64,000 nt of DNA, taken from Exilispira sp. Its GTDB lineage: Bacteria > Spirochaetota > JAAYUW01. This document shows, in pieces, positions 17,163 through 26,120 of this stretch. Under the pieces are notes generated by a model. The model worked only from the letters and a program-made list of their open reading frames with translations, was not told where the DNA came from and did no database searches. A program made the position numbers and the translations under genes. Location of the stretch: positions 8,385-72,384 of the forward strand of contig DAOOKC010000001.1 in assembly GCA_035385485.1 (NCBI GenBank), written 5' to 3'. Position 1 is the first letter of the stretch, and each line of letters begins with the position of its first letter.

Positions 17163-20100
17163 TATTCAGGAAATTACAAAAGCTATTAATTTAACTGATT
17201 ATGAAAAGGCTATAGAGCTAATACTTAAAGAGATAAAATATATTGGACCAAAAAATGAACTTAAAGTTTTGCTTGCTGATACATATATAAAATTAAATGA
17301 TTATGTAAATGCAGTAAAAATATATGAAAATCTTCATGAATCAGATAAAGAAAATCCTATTTATTTTTTCAAACTTGTAGAACTTAAAATTCTTTTAAAA
17401 AAATATGAAGAAGCAAAGAATATTTTACTTACTGCATCAGATAAATTGAAAGATAATTGGCAGTACTTTTTTCTAATAGGAAAAATAAATTACGAAATAA
17501 AAAACTATAAAAATGCCATTGCTAATCTAAAAGAAGCAGCAAAAAAAAACCCAAAAAATATTGATATCTTAAGTCTTTTAGCAGATATCTCCTTTTTGGT
17601 TAATAAATTAGATGATGCAATTAGATATTATTTGGCTCTAATAAAAATAGATAATAATAATTCAAAGGCATATGAAAATCTTGGATTGATTTATTATAAA
17701 CAAAATAAAAAAAAGGAGAGCTATAGGGCATTTGTTAAAGCAAACAAATTAAAACCAAATTCTCCTAATATTTTAAAGATGTTGGGGCTTTTTGAAATAG
17801 AAGAAGGATCATATAAAGATGCATTAAAAAAACTTGAAAGAGCATATAATCTTGAACCTAATAGTATTGATACTTTAGTGTTTCTTGGATTTTCATATGA
17901 AAAAATGGGTATATATGAAAAAGCAGAAGAACTTTATTTTAAAGCCACAACAATAAGTAAACAGAATCCAGAACCTTATATAAGGTTGGCTCAACTATAT
18001 CAAAAACAGGATTTCCCTGAAAAAGCCTTAAAGATCTTATTTGATGCAGAAAAAAAATTTAATGACAATGAAAAAATATTGATAGAAGCAGGTAAATCTT
18101 CAATACAAATAAAAGATTATGAGAAAGCAAAACAATATTTTAATAAAGTTTTAGAAAAAGATAAAAATTCAGAAGAATCTTTATTTGGTCTTGGTTTTAG
18201 TTATGAACTTTCAGGCGATTTAAAAAAGGCAGATTATTATTACTCAAAATTATTAGAAATCAATCCCGAAAACCAGCAGGGTCTTTTAAGAAAAGGTATA
18301 ATCGATTTCTCTGAAGGTAACAAAAGTGGAGCACAATATCATCTTTCAAAACTTTTAGAAATTGATCCAGATAATGTAGATGCCAATATAATTTTAGGTC
18401 AGATAAAATTAGAAGATCAACAACTTATAGATGCTCTATTTTATCTTGAAAAAGCTAAAAAAATAGATCCGAAAAATATTCAACCATACTTAATTTTAGG
18501 GGAATACTATAAAAATAATAATAAATTAAAAGAAGCTATTGATGAATATTCAGCAGTTTTAAATTTATCAAAATATAAATCGATTGATTCAATGGATCAA
18601 TTTAACGAAATATTAGAAAATTATGAGACTACTCTAAGCAATTATGAAAAAGAGATAAAAAATAGAAATCTGGCAATTATAAATAAATTTAAAGAAAAGC
18701 AGTTAGAAGGTTCTATAGATGAAGAAAGAAAAAAGATAGAAAATTCAATAGAAATGCTTTTCGATCAGGTAGATGAAACTATTGGAACAAAGATGGATGA
18801 AATTGAGCAAGAGAGCAATGAATATAATCTCATATCAAAAATACTAGATGGTCAGTTTAATGAGCAAGCCGAGGAAATAGATAATAAAGAATCAAGTAAA
18901 ATTTTAGATTATCTATCTGATGGAATTTTTGTGCCAGATGAAGTTGAGGAAAAGGCAGAAGAAATAGTTGAAAAAAAGAAAAAAAATGATGAAGAAGAAA
19001 GTCTAATAAATTCTATAGATGAAAAAGATACAGATATTTTTGAAAAAATACCTTTTGATAATTTACAAAGCAAGAATTTTCCAAATATACAAGAACAAAA
19101 AAAAATTAGTGATGATGAAGATATAAGTCTTTTAAGTGAAATGCAAAAAGATAATATTCCGTATTCATTAGAAGAAGCATATAATTTAAATGAACAGGAA
19201 AGAGAAAAGTTAAATAAAGAAAAAGGTATTTTAGAGCAATCAGTCCAAACACAACCACAAATAATTCAACAGCCTATAATGTTCCAACCGCCCATTTATC
19301 AACCACCAGTTTATCAACCTCAAATGCCTTATTATCCTCAGCAGCAAATACAACAATCACCAAATATTCAGACACCACAATTTCAGCAACCAATGATGCA
19401 AAATCAGGTTGAAAGCATTCCCCAAAAAATTACACCGCAACAATTTCCTTCAGAACCAATGGCACAACAAATGCCATCTCAAATCCCGTTACAAAATCAA
19501 AATGAACCCAATATCCCAGCTTACCAAAAACCAATTGTTGAAGATGGGATTACTCAAAATCCTATAAAAACTCAAAATGAAGAAGTTTCTCCTATTACTG
19601 AAAACCTACCTAATCTTGATCAAAAAAATTTAGCTTCAAATAATTTAAATGAGGTAAATTTAGAAGATAAATTTGATTTTGAAGATGAAGAAATACCAGA
19701 ATTTCCTTTAAAAATAGAAGATGAAAATGTTGATAATAATGAAGAAAAAAAATTTGAAGATAAAGAAAAATTTGAAACAGCTAGGGAAAATTTAGAAAAT
19801 AAAAATATACCCGATTTTTTTGAACCAGTAGATTCAATATTTTCTGATGAGCTTGAAGAAAAAATACCTATAGAAGTTAAAAGTGAAGATGAGGAAACCG
19901 ATTTATCTGAATTAACTAAAGAATCTAATGATGGTGAATTCATTAAAGAAAATGAAAAGAAAAATATTGAAAATGGTAATAATAATAAAAACCAGCTCAA
20001 AAAAGAAAATAAAGGAATTATTAATCTTGGATTACTTAAATTTGGAGCCCCTAAGCCAGAAATAGTAAAAAAATTACTCGGCGAAAAACCTAAAAGTATA

Positions 20101-20262
20101 GATGAAAAAAAAGAATTTATATCTACTTCAATTAAAGAAATAGGAAAATTCTTATTTTCAGAAATATCAAATATGCCTAAAGAGATACAGGAAAAAGCCA
20201 CTCTTTCAAAAAATTTTCAGACTTTTATAAAATTTATGAATAAAGAAAGAAAAAATGAATAG
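17146..20262 (+). CDS. Large (1038 aa) TPR-repeat protein with a coiled-coil segment, acidic segments and a Gln/Pro-rich low-complexity tract
   Basis: At least 12 TPR-like repeats lie in the first ~450 aa (YxxLGxxYxxxxxxxxAxxxY patterns). A QQPIMFQPPIYQPPVYQPQMPYYPQQQ tract follows. The gene overlaps the upstream gene by 17 nt and folC by 8 nt. Confidence 0.6.
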   Translation: MDKRSSIQEITKAINLTDYEKAIELILKEIKYIGPKNELKVLLADTYIKLNDYVNAVKIYENLHESDKENPIYFFKLVELKILLKKYEEAKNILLTASDKLKDNWQYFFLIGKINYEIKNYKNAIANLKEAAKKNPKNIDILSLLADISFLVNKLDDAIRYYLALIKIDNNNSKAYENLGLIYYKQNKKKESYRAFVKANKLKPNSPNILKMLGLFEIEEGSYKDALKKLERAYNLEPNSIDTLVFLGFSYEKMGIYEKAEELYFKATTISKQNPEPYIRLAQLYQKQDFPEKALKILFDAEKKFNDNEKILIEAGKSSIQIKDYEKAKQYFNKVLEKDKNSEESLFGLGFSYELSGDLKKADYYYSKLLEINPENQQGLLRKGIIDFSEGNKSGAQYHLSKLLEIDPDNVDANIILGQIKLEDQQLIDALFYLEKAKKIDPKNIQPYLILGEYYKNNNKLKEAIDEYSAVLNLSKYKSIDSMDQFNEILENYETTLSNYEKEIKNRNLAIINKFKEKQLEGSIDEERKKIENSIEMLFDQVDETIGTKMDEIEQESNEYNLISKILDGQFNEQAEEIDNKESSKILDYLSDGIFVPDEVEEKAEEIVEKKKKNDEEESLINSIDEKDTDIFEKIPFDNLQSKNFPNIQEQKKISDDEDISLLSEMQKDNIPYSLEEAYNLNEQEREKLNKEKGILEQSVQTQPQIIQQPIMFQPPIYQPPVYQPQMPYYPQQQIQQSPNIQTPQFQQPMMQNQVESIPQKITPQQFPSEPMAQQMPSQIPLQNQNEPNIPAYQKPIVEDGITQNPIKTQNEEVSPITENLPNLDQKNLASNNLNEVNLEDKFDFEDEEIPEFPLKIEDENVDNNEEKKFEDKEKFETARENLENKNIPDFFEPVDSIFSDELEEKIPIEVKSEDEETDLSELTKESNDGEFIKENEKKNIENGNNNKNQLKKENKGIINLGLLKFGAPKPEIVKKLLGEKPKSIDEKKEFISTSIKEIGKFLFSEISNMPKEIQEKATLSKNFQTFIKFMNKERKNE

Positions 20263-21715
20263 ATGGGATAATTTTGACGAAGCTTTAGATTGGATTTATT
20301 CTTTTACAAATCTTGAAAGAGATCAAGAAAAAAGAAAAGATAAAAAAAGTTTTTTGCTTGAACCAATTTCCAAAATGAATCAATATTTTCATAACCCTGA
20401 TAAAAAATTTAAGATAATTCATGTCGCTGGTTCGAAAGGTAAAGGTACGGTTTCATATTTAATTGCAAAATATTTTCAAAAACTAGGTTATAAAGTAGGG
20501 TTATATACTTCACCTCATCTTTTTGATGTGACTGAAAGAATCAAGATTAATGATGTAAATATTAGTGAAAAAGACTTTTTAGAAATTTTATCTAGAATTT
20601 ATGATTATGTAATTAAATTGGAAAAAAAAGAAGAAATACCATCTTTTTTTGATATATTTACAGAACTTGCATTTTTATATTTTTATAATCAAAAGGTAGA
20701 TTTAGCGATAATTGAAGTTGGACTTGGTGGAAGACTTGATTCTACAAATATTGTAAAACCAATCTTATCAGTTATTTCTTCTATAACATATGAACATACT
20801 GAAGTTTTAGGAAAAACTCTTCCCAAAATTGCATCTGAAAAAGCGGGTATTATAAAGGAGAATATTCCGGTTGTTCTTGGTAAAAATAAAAAAAATGTTT
20901 TAGAAAAAATAAAAAAAATTGCAAAAGAAAAAGGGGCCAATTTATTTTATTCACAGGATTATTTCAAATCTATTTTTATAAATTTTATTAAAGATGATTC
21001 AAAAATATATTCAAAATATAAAATTGAAATTAATAAATCTATTTTGGATAAATTTAAAAATAATTTCGAAAATATAGAGGATGAATTTTTAAAATTACTT
21101 TCTAGCAAAAGAAAAAGTTGTATTGAATTAACCTCATCATTAATAGGTTCTTTTCAGGATGAAAATATTGAAACTGCTATCTGTTCTATCTTTGTAGCTT
21201 CACAAATACTAAAAACAAAAATTTCAGTTGAAAATATTAAAAATATCATGAAAAATGCCTATTGGCCAAGTAGATTTGAGATATTTAATTACAGAGATAA
21301 AACACTAATTTTAGATGGAGCTCATACAGAAGACTCAATAAAAAAGCTTGTAGTTACAATTAAAAAATTGTTAGAAGAAGATTTAATAAAACCAGAATTA
21401 GCAACAGTTGTTGGGATGATGAAAGATAAGAATCATGAAGGCATTTTGAAAAGCCTTTTTAAAATATCAAATATTTTTTATTTTGTTGAACTTGATAAAT
21501 GGAAAGATTCAAAAGTTTCAAATTATTTAAATATAGCTTTAGATATTGCGAAAAAAGAAAATAAAAAAATTCAATATTATGTTCAAAATGGAGTTAACTG
21601 GAAGGGTAAAGATATTATAGATAAAATTATAAAAGAAAACAATGATGTTAATACAATATTAATAACAGGATCACTATATCTTGCTCAATATTTTAGGGAT
21701 TTTCAAGATTATTAA
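20255..21715 (+). CDS. folC: Folylpolyglutamate synthase / dihydrofolate synthase (Mur-ligase family)
   Basis: A P-loop-like HVAGSKGKGTVSY, the SPHL motif, and a Mur-ligase central and C-terminal (DGAHTEDS) architecture. Length is 486 aa. Confidence 0.8.
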   Translation: MNRWDNFDEALDWIYSFTNLERDQEKRKDKKSFLLEPISKMNQYFHNPDKKFKIIHVAGSKGKGTVSYLIAKYFQKLGYKVGLYTSPHLFDVTERIKINDVNISEKDFLEILSRIYDYVIKLEKKEEIPSFFDIFTELAFLYFYNQKVDLAIIEVGLGGRLDSTNIVKPILSVISSITYEHTEVLGKTLPKIASEKAGIIKENIPVVLGKNKKNVLEKIKKIAKEKGANLFYSQDYFKSIFINFIKDDSKIYSKYKIEINKSILDKFKNNFENIEDEFLKLLSSKRKSCIELTSSLIGSFQDENIETAICSIFVASQILKTKISVENIKNIMKNAYWPSRFEIFNYRDKTLILDGAHTEDSIKKLVVTIKKLLEEDLIKPELATVVGMMKDKNHEGILKSLFKISNIFYFVELDKWKDSKVSNYLNIALDIAKKENKKIQYYVQNGVNWKGKDIIDKIIKENNDVNTILITGSLYLAQYFRDFQDY

Positions 21716-23360
21716 TGCACTTTTCTATAAAATCATTTTTGAATTTAAATAATTTTAATAATGTTATAGCATTTTTTGGCACTTCGCTTTCGGTAAATAA
21801 TTCTACTAAAGAATGATCGATAAATTGATGAAGCTGAAAAAGAGGTAGCTCTTCATCAAGAGAAAGATAGTGAGAAATCCTTTCAAGATTCTCTTTTGTA
21901 AAACCAATAATACAATATTTTCTACATTTAATACCTTCAGATATACCATCATAATGCGTTGAAATTATAGCAAAAGAATTGCTTTTTGAAAATTTTTCAG
22001 CCATCGCCCTGACAATAGCTTTTCCTTCTATTGGATTAGTGCCAGATGCCGGCTCATCCAATAGAAAAAGGTAACTATTATCAAGATTTTCAAAAAATGG
22101 TTTTATAGATACAAGTTCATATCCAAAAGAAGATAATCCTTCTTTTATAGAAGATGAAGATGTCCTTGATATATAAATTCCATTAAAAAGTGGAATTTTA
22201 ACTTTTTCAGCAGGAAGCATTAATCCTGAATGCACAAGATATGCGATTTGGGCTATAGTTTTTAAAGCGCAGGTCTTGCCACCCATATTCGAACCAGTTA
22301 AAATTGTAACTCCTTTATCCATTTCTATATTAATAGGTATATATTTCATCTTTTCTGATTCTACATACTTTTGAAGTATTATATTTCTACCATTTTTTAT
22401 AATAAATTGGTTTTCTGTAATATCTGGAATTGTGCCATTTATCTTAAATGCAAAATCAATTTTTGTAAGATAAGAGTCAATTTTACCAATAAGTTCAAAG
22501 CTTTCTAAAATATCTTCTTTAAAATCTCTAATAGATCTTGAAATTTCCTGACAGATTCTAAGCTTTTCTTTATATATTCTATTATTAATCTCATCAATTT
22601 GTTCATAAATTTTTATTAATCTTTCATCTGGTTTTAATTTGACCTTTATATATAAAGATGATTCTTCCAATATCTCGAAATTACCTTTTTCTATAATATC
22701 TAATTTGTTTTTGTCTTCCTTTAATATGATTTTTGGATTGGAAAAAGTGATATTTAATTCTTTATATTTTTCTTCTATTTCTTTTTCAATTTTTATTTTT
22801 TGATTTTCTAATTCTTCCAGTTGAGTAGCAAGTTCATGCATCTTTTTACTAGAATTTTTATAGATTGAAAATGTCGGTTCATAAGGATGGTTGCTATCTA
22901 TTTTATATAATAATTCTTCAACATATTTATTTGAATTTCTATCGAAAAGAGGGATTTGATTAAGTGGAAATAAGTTGAAAATATGATTGAAATTAATTAA
23001 AAATTGTTTTATATCGAATATGTCTGTCTCTAAAAAGGTTTCGGAATATTTTTTAAGTAAATTCCTTAAATCTTTTATTGTTTTTATTTTTGCTCTCAAT
23101 TTTTCAAATATAATCTTTCCATTTTCAGTTTTGAAAAAATCATAACCAATTTTTTGTAAATTATAATCTTCTATCAATTTTTTTTCATCCCCTTTTTTAT
23201 AAAAAGGTTCTTTATAAAAAAATGTTTCTGAACCCAAATTATTAGAAAAGTTAAGAAGCTTTTGAATATCATCGATATTTGCTTCTTCTTTATTAACCAA
23301 AAAATTTTCATAGATATTTTTTTTCATAATTTCACCTTTCAAAAAAGAAAATGATATCAA
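21693..23360 (-). CDS. MutS-family ATPase (MutS2-like, domain V only, no Smr domain)
   Basis: Walker A TGSNMGGKT, Walker B/ABC signature region LFLLDEPASGTNP, and STHY are all present. The N-terminal half is a coiled-coil lever-like region. Length is 555 aa. Its 3' end overlaps folC convergently by 23 nt. Confidence 0.65.
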   Translation of the reverse strand: MISFSFLKGEIMKKNIYENFLVNKEEANIDDIQKLLNFSNNLGSETFFYKEPFYKKGDEKKLIEDYNLQKIGYDFFKTENGKIIFEKLRAKIKTIKDLRNLLKKYSETFLETDIFDIKQFLINFNHIFNLFPLNQIPLFDRNSNKYVEELLYKIDSNHPYEPTFSIYKNSSKKMHELATQLEELENQKIKIEKEIEEKYKELNITFSNPKIILKEDKNKLDIIEKGNFEILEESSLYIKVKLKPDERLIKIYEQIDEINNRIYKEKLRICQEISRSIRDFKEDILESFELIGKIDSYLTKIDFAFKINGTIPDITENQFIIKNGRNIILQKYVESEKMKYIPINIEMDKGVTILTGSNMGGKTCALKTIAQIAYLVHSGLMLPAEKVKIPLFNGIYISRTSSSSIKEGLSSFGYELVSIKPFFENLDNSYLFLLDEPASGTNPIEGKAIVRAMAEKFSKSNSFAIISTHYDGISEGIKCRKYCIIGFTKENLERISHYLSLDEELPLFQLHQFIDHSLVELFTESEVPKNAITLLKLFKFKNDFIEKCINNLENP

Positions 23361-23448
23361 AATAAAAAAAAGTCTAATTGATTTTTTTTAAATATTATAG
23401 TATTTATTAGATATAAATGAAAAATACAATAATTCATGAGGGGGTAAT

Positions 23449-25080
23449 ATGGCAGAAGGTAATTTACTTATACCCTCTCTTGTCTCATTAATTGTTGGAG
23501 TAGTTGTTGGTTACATATTTCGATATTTATATGCAAGATTAAAATTGCAAAGCGCAGAATTATTAGCAAATAAACTAAAAGAGGAATCCGAAAAGAAAGC
23601 TGCTTCTATCTTGAATGATGCAGAGGAAAAGGTAAAAACAAAATTAAATGAGCTTAAAGAAACTATCAGTAAAGAAAGGGCAGAGTTTGAGAAAGAGCTT
23701 AAAGAAAAGAAAAATGAACTTAATTCTATTGAAAAAAGGCTTTCTAGCAGAGAAGAGAATCTCGATAGATTACTTAAATCTTTAGAAGAAAAAGAAAGAG
23801 TCATTTTCGAAAGAGAAAGACATATCAAAAGTCGTGAAGATAGGGTAAACGAACGAGAAAGTAAAATCGATAAAGAACTTGAAAGAATAGCTTCTCTGAC
23901 TAAAGAAGAAGCCAGAAAAAAGCTTGAAGAAAAAATAAAAGCAGATGTTGAAGAAAAACTTACCTATTATTTTAATGACAGATTAAGCTCTTACGAAGAA
24001 AAGATCAAAGAACTTGAGCTTGAAGCCGATAAAAAAGCAAGAGATATCCTTGTTTCCTCTATGCAAAGAGTTGCATCAGATGTATCTAAAGAGATGAATA
24101 TAACCAACATTACTCTTCCAGATGATGAGATGAAGGGAAGGATAATAGGTCGTGAAGGAAGGAACATAAGAACACTTGAAAATTTACTTGGTGTAGACAT
24201 TATAATAGATGATACTCCAGAGATTGTTACTGTTTCTGGTTTTGATCCTATAAGAAGAATCAAGGCTCAGATAACTTTAGAAAATCTTATTAAGGATGGG
24301 AGAATACATCCTGCTAGAATAGAAGAGGTCTATGAAAAAGCCAAGCTTGAAGTTGAACAGAAGATTATGGAAGAAGGGACAAAAACCTTATATGAACTTG
24401 GGATAAGTGTAAATAAAATTAGTAACGAATTTATTAGAGCTGTTGGAAGTTTATATTATAGACCGTCTTATGGTCAAAATATATTAATCCATTCAAAAGA
24501 AGTTGCAAAACTTGCATCAATTATAGCCAATGAAATTGGAGCAGACGCAGAGGTTGCAAAAAGGGCAGGGCTTTTCCATGATATTGGTAAGGCTATTGAA
24601 AGTGATGTTGGTAATAAGCATGTTGATGAAGGTGTAAAACTTCTTAAAAAAATTGGCGAATCAAAAGAAGTTATTGCAGCTGTAGCATGGCATCATGAAG
24701 CTACTGGTTTCCCATATTCTATAATAGATGAAAAAGAATATCCAGAATCAGTTGAGGCAGTTATAGTTAGAATTGCAGATAAAATATCGGGTTCTCGCCC
24801 TGGTGTTAGGTATGATGAAGGAGCATGGGGAGATTATATCAATCGTGTGACAGAACTTGAAAAAGAAGCAAAACAATTTAATAAAGTAGAACATGCTTAT
24901 GCTTTGCAGGCTGGAAGAGAAATAAGACTTTTTGTCAAAGCCGATGTTCCAGAGTCTGAACTTGATACAATCGCAAAAGAAATGAAGTCAAGAATTGTTC
25001 AGAATACAAAGATAAGATATCCTGGTAGAATTAAAATAACAGTAGTTAAAGAGAAAAGAGTTGTGGAGCATACTGACTGA
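23449..25080 (+). CDS. rny: Ribonuclease Y
   Basis: An N-terminal TM helix and coiled-coil are followed by a KH domain (GRIIGREGRNIR) and an HD domain (LFHDIGKAI...WHHE). Length is 543 aa. Confidence 0.9.
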   Translation: MAEGNLLIPSLVSLIVGVVVGYIFRYLYARLKLQSAELLANKLKEESEKKAASILNDAEEKVKTKLNELKETISKERAEFEKELKEKKNELNSIEKRLSSREENLDRLLKSLEEKERVIFERERHIKSREDRVNERESKIDKELERIASLTKEEARKKLEEKIKADVEEKLTYYFNDRLSSYEEKIKELELEADKKARDILVSSMQRVASDVSKEMNITNITLPDDEMKGRIIGREGRNIRTLENLLGVDIIIDDTPEIVTVSGFDPIRRIKAQITLENLIKDGRIHPARIEEVYEKAKLEVEQKIMEEGTKTLYELGISVNKISNEFIRAVGSLYYRPSYGQNILIHSKEVAKLASIIANEIGADAEVAKRAGLFHDIGKAIESDVGNKHVDEGVKLLKKIGESKEVIAAVAWHHEATGFPYSIIDEKEYPESVEAVIVRIADKISGSRPGVRYDEGAWGDYINRVTELEKEAKQFNKVEHAYALQAGREIRLFVKADVPESELDTIAKEMKSRIVQNTKIRYPGRIKITVVKEKRVVEHTD

Positions 25081-25913
25081 TGTTAAAAATACTAATATTT
25101 GGAGATATTGTAGGTGAGGTAGGGCGTAAAGCCCTATCTCATTTTATTAATAAAAATAAAGAAAAATTTCAGCCCGATCTTATAATTGCAAATGGTGAAA
25201 ATGCTTCTGGTGGTATAGGAATAACACCTAAAAATGCTGATGATCTTTTTTCAATGGGTGTTGATATAATTACCTCAGGAAATCATATCTGGAAACATAA
25301 AGAGATATTAAAATATTTTGATTCAAATAATAAAATAATTCGTCCATTAAATTATGGAGATAATGCACCTGGGAAAGGATGGGTTTTATTTTCTAAGAAT
25401 AACATAAAAATCTTAGTTATAAACTTACTTGGACAGGTATTTATGGACCCTCTTTTCCCCCCTATATTTTCATTTGAAACATTATATGAAAAGGAAAAAC
25501 AAACATTTGAATCTGCTGATTGTATAATTTTGGATTTTCATGCTGAAGCTACAGCAGAAAAAGTTGCCATAGGATATTATTTAAAAGATAGAGTAAATCT
25601 TATTTTTGGCACACATACCCATGTCCAAACTGCTGATGAGAGTTTTTTATCAGATAAAACAGCATATATTACAGATATTGGCATGACTGGTCCATTAAAT
25701 AGTGTAATAGGGATGCAGGTAGACATTATTATAGAAAAATTCAGAACCATGATGCCAAAAGCTTTTAAAGTAGCGGATGGTGATGCTCAGGTTAATGGAA
25801 TTTACTTTGTTTTTGATGAAGTAAATAAAAAGGTTATTGAGATTCAAAGAATTTTTGAAAAGATACCAGTTCAATCTTTGCAAAAATCAGAAAATACTGA
25901 TCCAAAATTTTAA
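25080..25913 (+). CDS. ymdB: YmdB-type metallophosphoesterase (2',3'-cyclic-nucleotide phosphodiesterase family)
   Basis: The N-terminus MLKILIFGDIVGEVGRKAL and the GNHIW and GTHTHVQTAD motifs match the family. There is a 1-nt overlap with the rny stop, which is the conserved rny-ymdB pairing. Confidence 0.85.
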   Translation: MLKILIFGDIVGEVGRKALSHFINKNKEKFQPDLIIANGENASGGIGITPKNADDLFSMGVDIITSGNHIWKHKEILKYFDSNNKIIRPLNYGDNAPGKGWVLFSKNNIKILVINLLGQVFMDPLFPPIFSFETLYEKEKQTFESADCIILDFHAEATAEKVAIGYYLKDRVNLIFGTHTHVQTADESFLSDKTAYITDIGMTGPLNSVIGMQVDIIIEKFRTMMPKAFKVADGDAQVNGIYFVFDEVNKKVIEIQRIFEKIPVQSLQKSENTDPKF

Positions 25914-26056
25914 TAATATAAATACTAAATCTTGTACATCTTTTATATCCTAAAAAGATAAATAAAAAAGCACAAAATGATTAAAGATAAGTTTTAAAAT
26001 ACCGAAAATATAAGTGAATCTTCCTCCCTGTAAAAAAACGAGCAGATACGTTGTTG

Positions 26057-26098
26057 GGATAGGCCCTTAGCGAATGAGCGCCTATCCTTTTTTTTTTA
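26057..26098 (+). terminator. Intrinsic (Rho-independent) terminator downstream of rny-ymdB
   Basis: An 8-bp GC-rich stem GGATAGGC...GCCTATCC with a 15-nt loop is followed by a T10 run. This is the only strong GC hairpin plus T-tract I found in an intergenic region. Confidence 0.55.
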
Positions 26099-26120
26099 AT
26101 TTTTTTATTCTAATTCCCCA

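Noticed and set aside
19620-20201. 193-aa minus-strand ORF inside the TPR protein gene
   Set aside because: It is antisense to the acidic E/K/D-rich 3' part of the TPR gene. Its Ser/Phe low-complexity translation is typical of a mirror-frame artefact.
23511-24263. Minus-strand ORFs (23511-23828, 23991-24263) inside rny
   Set aside because: They are antisense to the K/E-rich coiled-coil region of RNase Y, and rny is unambiguous.
25914-26056. Possible small RNA between ymdB and the terminator
   Set aside because: I could find no independent promoter-like element or conserved structure by eye. It is most simply the 3' UTR of rny-ymdB ending at the intrinsic terminator.
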